NCBI GenBank assembly: GCA_963749705.1
Contig: CAVVNQ010000008.1
Span: forward strand, 288,001-352,000
DNA length: 64,000 nucleotides
Direction: 5' to 3'
Source of the DNA: an uncultured Chloroflexia bacterium
GTDB lineage: Bacteria; Chloroflexota; Limnocylindria; Limnocylindrales; CSP1-4
Positions 57,641 to 64,000 of this stretch are shown one piece after another. The position numbers and the translations under genes are program-made. A model generated the notes under the pieces. That model worked only from the letters and a program-made list of their open reading frames with translations. It searched no databases and was not told the DNA's origin. How positions within the stretch are numbered: the stretch's first letter is position 1; every line of letters begins with the position of its first letter.

Positions 57641-59689
57641 ATGAGCATCGACGCCGCCGACGCGAGCCCACCCGACCACGAGGTCGAGGTCCGCTGGGAC
57701 GTCCGGATCCCGGTCCGCGACGGCCTCGAGCTGTCGGCCAACCTGTGGCTCCCCCGCCCGCGCGCGGACGAGCCGGATGCGCGGTTCCCGGCGATCCTCG
57801 AGATGATCCCGTACGGCAAGGACAACTGGCGCCGGAACTCGGACGTCGCGCGCGGGGAGTGGCTCGCGGCACGGGGGTTCGCCCTGTGCCGGGTCGACGT
57901 CCGCGGCACGGGCAGCTCGCCCGGCGTGGCCGATGACGAGTACACCGAGGCCGAGACCCGTGATGGCTACGAAGCCGTCGAGTGGCTTGCCGCCCGGTCG
58001 TGGTGCAACGAAAACGTGGGCATGTGGGGCATCAGCTACGGGGGCTTCACCTCGATTCAGGTCGCGAAGCTCCGTCCGCCGCACCTGCGCGCGATCCTGC
58101 CGATGTACGCCACCGACGACCGGTATCGCGACGACGTCCATGTTCGCGGCGGTTGCGTCACCGCGAGCGAGAAGAGCCAGTACGCCGTGAGCCAGCTGGG
58201 CATGAACGCGATGCCGGCGCTGCCTGCGTTCCGCGGCCCGGGATGGCGCGACGAGTGGCGGGCACGCCTCGAGCGGACGCCGCCCTGGCTGTTCCCCTGG
58301 ATCCGCGAGCAGACCGACGGCCCCTACTGGCGGCGCGGGTCGCTGGCCCCCGACTACGACGCCCTCGAGTGCGCGGTGTTCCAGGTCGCCGGCTGGAACG
58401 ACTCGTACGTCGACCCGGCGTTCCGGATCCAGGAGCGATGCGCCAACGCCAGCGTGCGGACGCTGGTCGGCAACTGGGTGCACTCGTTCCCCGACGACGC
58501 CTACCCGGGTCCCAACCTGAACTGGTACCACGAGATGGTCCGGTTCTTCGACCGCTACCTCAAGGGCATCGACAACGGCTGGGAGCACGAGCCGGCGGTC
58601 GTCTGGTTCGAGCGCACGTGGGCCGAGCCCGTGGCGTTCCCGGTCGCCTGGCCGGGCCGCTGGCGAGCGGCGACGTCGCTGCCGGTGCCGGGCATCGCGC
58701 CGCTCGAGCTGGAGCTCGGCGCGGGGTCGCTGGGTCATGGTGCGGGAGCAAACGTCGGGGTGACCTCGATCCGCCACCGCGCGACGGCGGGCACGAGCGG
58801 GGCGCTGTCCTGGGGCGCCGGCTGGCATCCCAACGGCCTGGCACGCGACCTCCGCCCGGATGAGGCACGCGGCGCGACCTGGACCTCGGAGCCGCTCACC
58901 GAGGCCATCTCGGTGATCGGGATCCCGGTCGCCGTGATCCACGTCTCGACGACGATGCCCATCGCGACGTGCGTCGTGCGGCTGTCCGAGGTCTCGCCCG
59001 ACGGCACGTCCGCGCTGGTCGCGACCGGGGTCCTCAACCTCACCCACCGCGACTCGGACACCGACCCCAGCCCGATGCCGCCGGAGCAGGCGGTGGAGGT
59101 GCGCGTCCCGCTGCGCGCCACGGGCTACCGGTTCTCGCCCGGGCACCGGATCCGCCTGACCGTCCTGAGCGGATACTGGCCGGTGCTGTGGCCGTCCCCG
59201 CAGCCGGGCGAGCTGCGCGTCCACCGGGGTCCATCGAGCCCGTCGAGGCTCGTGCTGCCGGTCCTGGCGGAGGGCGTCACGAGTCCCCCGGTCCCCGCGT
59301 TCCGCACCGATCCCGCGGGCCTGCGCGAGGTCGGCCGGAGCGAGGACGAGCCGCCCGTGTGGCGGATCGAGGAGGACGTCATCGGCGGCAGCGTCGCGGT
59401 GACCATCGGCGAGGGCGGGGCGAGCATCCTCGAGGACGGCTCGCGCGTGTACAGCTCGGAGCACCTGGTCCTGACGGCCTCGGACGCCGACCCCGCGCAC
59501 GCGCGGCTGGACACCGACGTGGCCTATCGCTGGACGGCCGACGGCTTCGATGTCGACATCCGGGCAACCGGCGCGATCGTGTCCGACGAGTCGGCATTCG
59601 ACGTTCGCGTGAACCTGGACGTACGCCTTGATGGCGAGCCGTTCTTCGAGCGGGCCTGGTCGGAGCGGATTCCCCGGCGACTGGTGTAG
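57641..59689 (+). CDS. CocE/NonD family hydrolase (peptidase S15)
   Basis: RDG..L, PY.K, DVRGTG.S.G, GMWGISYGG, GW.D.Y, G.W.H; C-terminal PepX-like domain. Confidence 0.92.
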   Translation: MSIDAADASPPDHEVEVRWDVRIPVRDGLELSANLWLPRPRADEPDARFPAILEMIPYGKDNWRRNSDVARGEWLAARGFALCRVDVRGTGSSPGVADDEYTEAETRDGYEAVEWLAARSWCNENVGMWGISYGGFTSIQVAKLRPPHLRAILPMYATDDRYRDDVHVRGGCVTASEKSQYAVSQLGMNAMPALPAFRGPGWRDEWRARLERTPPWLFPWIREQTDGPYWRRGSLAPDYDALECAVFQVAGWNDSYVDPAFRIQERCANASVRTLVGNWVHSFPDDAYPGPNLNWYHEMVRFFDRYLKGIDNGWEHEPAVVWFERTWAEPVAFPVAWPGRWRAATSLPVPGIAPLELELGAGSLGHGAGANVGVTSIRHRATAGTSGALSWGAGWHPNGLARDLRPDEARGATWTSEPLTEAISVIGIPVAVIHVSTTMPIATCVVRLSEVSPDGTSALVATGVLNLTHRDSDTDPSPMPPEQAVEVRVPLRATGYRFSPGHRIRLTVLSGYWPVLWPSPQPGELRVHRGPSSPSRLVLPVLAEGVTSPPVPAFRTDPAGLREVGRSEDEPPVWRIEEDVIGGSVAVTIGEGGASILEDGSRVYSSEHLVLTASDADPAHARLDTDVAYRWTADGFDVDIRATGAIVSDESAFDVRVNLDVRLDGEPFFERAWSERIPRRLV

Positions 59690-59740
59690 GCGGGCGGGCC
59701 CGGCCGACCGAGGGCCCCGAGCGACCCTGGCCCGGCGCGG

Positions 59741-60655
59741 TCAGCCGAGCGACGCGAGCGCCGCCTGCGCGATCATGCCGCTGCCGATCGCGACGAACAG
59801 GCTGGCAAACGAGCCCAGCAGGTGGAACTCGACATAGGCCCGGTCGTCGAGCTGGCGGAAGCGGGCCACCGTGTCCACCAGGATGACGAACCCGATCACG
59901 ATCGGAGCGCCCGCGAGCAGCAGGGCGACGATCAGCATCCGTTCCAGGGCGGCAATGGTCGTACCCACCCTGGCCGCCGTGCCGGCCGGCAGGGTCGACG
60001 GGCTGCCCGGTTGGCCGGCGACCGGGACCTGGTTCTCGGGCAGCTCGCGCGGCGTCACCAGCGAGGCCACGAAGTAGAACGCACCCCGGGTGTTGACCAC
60101 GAACAGGCCGATCGCCACGACGCCGGTCAACATGGTCGCGTGAACCGCGGACCGGTCCCAGTCGCGGAGCACCGCGTTCGCGAAGTCCACGAACTGCGGG
60201 AGCAGCGCGGTTCCCTCGAGGATCACCAGCCAGCCGACGATCGCGATGGTCAGGTGGAGCACCTGGTCGGCCAGGAACAGCAGGCCCGGGATCGGGGTCC
60301 ATGCGACGCCCAGCTGCGACCGGCCCGGATCGCCGGCGGGGGCCGCCGCAGCTCCCCTCCGGCGCGCGAGGTCCTGCGCGTTGGCAACGGCGCGCCGCGT
60401 CGCGACGACCTTCCAGCGGTCCACCGCCATGTGGGAACCGACGACGAGCACCAGGTACACGAGCCCGGGCAGCCCGAACGCGAGCACCGCCGGGATGAGG
60501 CAGAAGCCGACGTGCGCGCCGTGGACCGCCAGCGCCGAAAATCCCGTTCGATCCGCCCTGCCCTTGTTGAGCGCGATCCAGTCGTTCTGGAGCACGAAGT
60601 CGGCGATCAGGTGCGCGAGCACCAGCATCGCGACCATGAGCACGGAATCCGTCAT
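59741..60655 (-). CDS. DUF3307 domain membrane protein
   Basis: AHL.ADF.LQ, H..VD..K, F.ADQ..H, G..I..LER, E..L.G. Confidence 0.88.
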   Translation of the reverse strand: MTDSVLMVAMLVLAHLIADFVLQNDWIALNKGRADRTGFSALAVHGAHVGFCLIPAVLAFGLPGLVYLVLVVGSHMAVDRWKVVATRRAVANAQDLARRRGAAAAPAGDPGRSQLGVAWTPIPGLLFLADQVLHLTIAIVGWLVILEGTALLPQFVDFANAVLRDWDRSAVHATMLTGVVAIGLFVVNTRGAFYFVASLVTPRELPENQVPVAGQPGSPSTLPAGTAARVGTTIAALERMLIVALLLAGAPIVIGFVILVDTVARFRQLDDRAYVEFHLLGSFASLFVAIGSGMIAQAALASLG

Positions 60656-60756
60656 CCGGACACGCGGGCGGGATGGCCGACGCCCACGGCGAGGCTGCGG
60701 CAGGCGCGTTCGATGGCATCCGTTGCGGCGTTGGAGCGAGCGATCTCGGCAGTCAC
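60652..60756 (-). CDS. possible 34-aa leader ORF or gene remnant
   Basis: TAGGCT 7 nt before GTG; stop overlaps the DUF3307 start (ATGA). Confidence 0.35.
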   Translation of the reverse strand: MTAEIARSNAATDAIERACRSLAVGVGHPARVSG

Positions 60757-60912
60757 GCGCGGCAGCCTACCCGATGCGAATCCGTCATCGTCCAAGGTTG
60801 CCGCATCCACGGGCCGAATCCGGGCGGGCGGCGCTGTCAATCTGCCGACACCATGACGGCGGGCCAGGCGCGCAGCCGGCCCCGGCGTCCTCCGGCCGGT
60901 CGCCGGAGCAGC

Positions 60913-62439
60913 TCATCCCCCGTGGCCATACCCCGGCAGCAGACCGCTCAGGGCACCGGCGAGGGCCGCCCGATGCTCGGCGGTGGCGAAGTCGAGCAGT
61001 GGATGCGATGGCAGGTCGTGCTCGACCAGGTGTCCGTCCTTGCGCACGTAGACGACCGGATAGATCTGCCCGGTGCCATCGGCCTCGACCGTCATCGCGA
61101 CGAGGTCCCTGGTCATCCCGTCGAGTGCGTGGACGAGGGGCACGATCCCCTCATCTCGGATCCCGGCCTCGGGGCTGACCGACACGACGCGGGCGAGGTA
61201 CGCCTTCTGGTGCCACAGCTCGGGGGCACAGGTCGCCTCGCGCAGGAGGTAGCCGAGGACGTCGGCAGCGGGCAGCTCCGGCCGGTCCGGGACAACGCCG
61301 AAGTGCACCTCGGCGATGTGGCGGGCCAGGATCACGCTGTTGTAGCGGTGACCCTGGACCGCGCCCGAGTAGGACGGGATGCCGTGCTTCTTGAGACCGG
61401 CGGCCGCCGAGCTGATCGTGCCGCCGAAGTAGATGCCCGGCACCGAGGTGCTCTCCCACATCGGCGTGAGGGCGGGCAGCCGGGCCGTGCCGAAGGTGGC
61501 GACACCCAGCTCGGGCAGGTCCAGGAGCGGGCACGAGAAGCCGGTCGCGGCGATGACCTCGTCGGCCTCGACGGTCATCTGGGCGCCGGTATCGGTGCGC
61601 TTGAGGTCGACGCGATAGGCATCCCCGGCGGGCACGATCCCGTCGATCGACGCGTCCAGGATCGAGACGCCCAGGCCCAGGAAGTTGTCCTCGAACGGTT
61701 GCACGTAGCGCGCTCGGACGCCGACCAGCGACCGGGTCTGCACCGAGAGCTTGGCCGGCGACGGGGAGGCAAGCACGATCTGCGACGCCCAGGAGGCGAG
61801 GCCGGAGGCCAGCTCGAACCCGGAATTCTGCTTGCCGATGATGAACAGGCGCTTGCCCGCATAGCTGGACGCCACCCGAGTGTCCGCATAGTGCCGGGCG
61901 TGCTCGATCCCGGGCTTGCTGGGCGTCAACGGCTCGGAGATCCCCACCGCGAGCACCAGGATCCGGCAGCGGTACTCGCCGTCGCTGGTCTCGAGCACGA
62001 ACGTCGGGCCCTGGGGGCCATCCTCGCGGCGCGTCCGCTCCCACCGGCAGTCGTAGCGGATATCGAGCGCCGCCCGCTCGGCGAAGGCAACCAGGTTGGC
62101 CTCCATCTCCTGGCGCGACGGGAAGTACGACGACCCGCTCATGACCTCGGCCTGGAGCGAGCGCAGCTCCGGTTCGTCGGCGATCAGGCTGTTCCAGTCG
62201 AAGCGCTGGTACTCCCTGGCCGTCCGTTCCTCCGGCGCATACGGCTTGGTCCACGACAGCAGCCGCTGGAACAGCGGCCATCGCCGGAACATGCCGCCGG
62301 GCGCCGGGTCCGCGGACAGCACCGCGTGCGGCACACCCCGCCGGCGCAACCCGTAGCTCAGCTGGAGGCCGCCCGGGCCGCTGCCGATGACGATGACCGG
62401 GTACTCCCCCGGCGGGAACGGGCGGGTGTCCACCGCCAT
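60913..62439 (-). CDS. FAD/NAD(P)-dependent oxidoreductase (pyridine nucleotide-disulfide/FMO-like)
   Basis: IGSGPGG, PGGMF, IIGKQNSGFE, IAATGF, PGIYF.G. Confidence 0.85.
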   Translation of the reverse strand: MAVDTRPFPPGEYPVIVIGSGPGGLQLSYGLRRRGVPHAVLSADPAPGGMFRRWPLFQRLLSWTKPYAPEERTAREYQRFDWNSLIADEPELRSLQAEVMSGSSYFPSRQEMEANLVAFAERAALDIRYDCRWERTRREDGPQGPTFVLETSDGEYRCRILVLAVGISEPLTPSKPGIEHARHYADTRVASSYAGKRLFIIGKQNSGFELASGLASWASQIVLASPSPAKLSVQTRSLVGVRARYVQPFEDNFLGLGVSILDASIDGIVPAGDAYRVDLKRTDTGAQMTVEADEVIAATGFSCPLLDLPELGVATFGTARLPALTPMWESTSVPGIYFGGTISSAAAGLKKHGIPSYSGAVQGHRYNSVILARHIAEVHFGVVPDRPELPAADVLGYLLREATCAPELWHQKAYLARVVSVSPEAGIRDEGIVPLVHALDGMTRDLVAMTVEADGTGQIYPVVYVRKDGHLVEHDLPSHPLLDFATAEHRAALAGALSGLLPGYGHGG

Positions 62440-62441
62440 GC

Positions 62442-62864
62442 CTAGCTCCGCCAGCGGTTCGCGTTCCGGAGGCGGCGGGCCTGGGCCTGGAGCATCCGGT
62501 ACATGATCTTCGGATACCCGACCAGGAACGGCTCCACGGCCGGCCCGGCGATCACCAGGCAGCGCATCGCCGAGGTCGCGACGACATCGGCGGTCGGAGG
62601 CTCGCCGAGCAGGATCGACACCTCGCCGAAGAAGTCGCCGCGGTGGAGGGTCGCCCGCTTCTGGCCGTCGACGATGACGTCGGCCGCACCCTCGAGGATC
62701 ACGTAGAAGCCGGACCCGGTGAGCCCCTGGCGGAGGATGCGATCCCCTTCCGGGAAGAACACCTCCTCGAAGGCGCTCGCGACGCCGATCAGCTGCGGTG
62801 TCTGGAGGTCTCCGAAGATCGCAAACCCCGCGAGGACATCCGCGATCTCCTCTCGCGTGGCCAT
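62442..62864 (-). CDS. stand-alone cyclic nucleotide-binding domain protein
   Basis: ILRQG..G.GFYVI.EG, GDFFGE.S.L...P.TADV. Confidence 0.92.
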   Translation of the reverse strand: MATREEIADVLAGFAIFGDLQTPQLIGVASAFEEVFFPEGDRILRQGLTGSGFYVILEGAADVIVDGQKRATLHRGDFFGEVSILLGEPPTADVVATSAMRCLVIAGPAVEPFLVGYPKIMYRMLQAQARRLRNANRWRS

Positions 62865-63060
62865 CGCCGAACCCTCCTGTCAACCGTCGCCCGTGATCGC
62901 TCCCGTCGCCAGCATGCTCGCACAACCGGCGGGGAGGCGGGCGCGGCGTCCCGGAACACCGCGGGGATGCCCGCCGCGGACCCTCTGTCGCCACCGGATC
63001 CGCGTTGACGCGAGCCTGCGCGCAGGGCACCATGACCCACTCACGGAACCGGAGGGACCG

Positions 63061-63489
63061 ATGCCCCTGACCCAGGACCGGCGCGCGGAGCTCATCGGCG
63101 GCTGCCGGCTCTTTCACGGCCTTGACGAGCGGGGTCTGGCCGCCATCGCAGCGGCCGCGGTCGAGGTCGACTTTCCGGCCGACCGGGTGATCGCCCGCCA
63201 GGGGGAGATCGGCACCGGCTTCTTCGTCATCGTTGAGGGCGGCGTCAGGATCGTGCGCGACGGCGCCGTGGTGGCCACGCTCGGGCCGGGCGAGTTCTTC
63301 GGCGAGCTGTCGGTGCTCGATGGTGGGCCACGGGTCGCCCAGGTCGTCGCCGACGGTTCGACCAGGTGCCTCGCGCTGCCGTCATGGGACATGGAGCGGG
63401 TGCTCCACGATGAGCCGGGGGTCGCGCTGTCGGTGCTGCGGGTGGTCGCGGGCCGGCTGCGCGAGGTCACCACCGACCACCGGACGTAG
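63061..63489 (+). CDS. stand-alone cyclic nucleotide-binding domain protein
   Basis: RQGE.G.GFFVI.EG, GEFFGELS.LDGGPRVA phosphate-binding cassette. Confidence 0.92.
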   Translation: MPLTQDRRAELIGGCRLFHGLDERGLAAIAAAAVEVDFPADRVIARQGEIGTGFFVIVEGGVRIVRDGAVVATLGPGEFFGELSVLDGGPRVAQVVADGSTRCLALPSWDMERVLHDEPGVALSVLRVVAGRLREVTTDHRT

Positions 63490-63505
63490 GCACGAGCGAG
63501 GAGCG

Positions 63506-64000
63506 GTGACGGTGGCGTCCCCCGACCGCCCGACGGGTCAGATCGCGTTCCTGTTCACGGACATCGAGGGCTCGACGCGGCTGGTCGAGTCGCTTGGCAC
63601 CGCCGCCTGGGGGTCCGTCCTCGCGCGGCACCGCGCGATCATCCGGGCAGCGCTTGCCCGGCACGGCGGCCACGAGGTCGGGACGGAGGGTGACGGCTTC
63701 TTCGCCGTGTTCGGGGATCCGCTCGCGGCGGTGCGCGCGGCGGCCGACGCCCAGCGCGGGCTCGCGGACGAACCCTGGCCGTCCGGGGCGGTCCTCCGGG
63801 TCCGGATGGGGATCCACGCCGGCATCGGGGAGCTGGATCCGGACGGCGGCTACGTCGGCCACGATGTCCACCGCGCCGCGCGCGTCGCGGCGGCGGGTCA
63901 TGGCGGCCAGGTCCTGCTGTCCGAACCCGCGACGGACGCGATCACCGGGCGGGTGCCGGATGACCTCGGCATTCGGCCGCTCGGCGCCCACCGTCTCAAG
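63506..64000 (+). CDS. class III adenylate/guanylate cyclase domain protein, 3'-truncated by window edge
   Basis: Manual translation: PTGQIAFLFTDIEGSTRL, TEGDGFF, VRMGIH.G, YVG.DVHRAARV, GQVLLS, G.HRLK. Confidence 0.92.
   Translation, partial: MTVASPDRPTGQIAFLFTDIEGSTRLVESLGTAAWGSVLARHRAIIRAALARHGGHEVGTEGDGFFAVFGDPLAAVRAAADAQRGLADEPWPSGAVLRVRMGIHAGIGELDPDGGYVGHDVHRAARVAAAGHGGQVLLSEPATDAITGRVPDDLGIRPLGAHRLK

Noticed and set aside
60913-63117. 734-aa ORF suggesting a cNMP-oxidoreductase fusion
   Set aside because: The cNMP domain is in a different frame with its own stop; the real start is 62439

Overview
A gene-dense, very GC-rich bacterial chromosomal window with about 70 CDSs. I recognised no rRNA, tRNA, CRISPR array, integrase or transposase. 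The gene content resembles a monoderm such as Chloroflexota (possibly Limnocylindria-like) or Actinomycetota; this is inference only. Main contents: a run of lipoproteins, three DEAD-box helicases, an acyl-ACP desaturase, a HipA-like kinase/DUF3037 pair, an ApbE flavinylation/ferric-reductase cluster with its own two-component system plus ferredoxin and FNR, a DUF2089/DUF4097/SHOCT operon, several ABC transporters, a Rieske oxygenase/sarcosine-oxidase-like cluster, and a cyclase/cNMP-binding module at the right edge. Most notable: (1) a 3.3-kb integrase-less islet bounded by a perfect 70-bp direct repeat inside a SemiSWEET gene, with two diverged 3' gene ends; (2) a GreA fused to an apparently degenerate GIY-YIG-like domain; (3) a split electron-transfer module with no canonical ApbE substrate, whose two operons share 11-bp-period boxes; (4) a candidate switchable 5' UTR upstream of oppA; (5) pervasive leaderless promoters. 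Four single-base indels in three genes look like long-read assembly errors. All family calls come from reading motifs, not from database searches.
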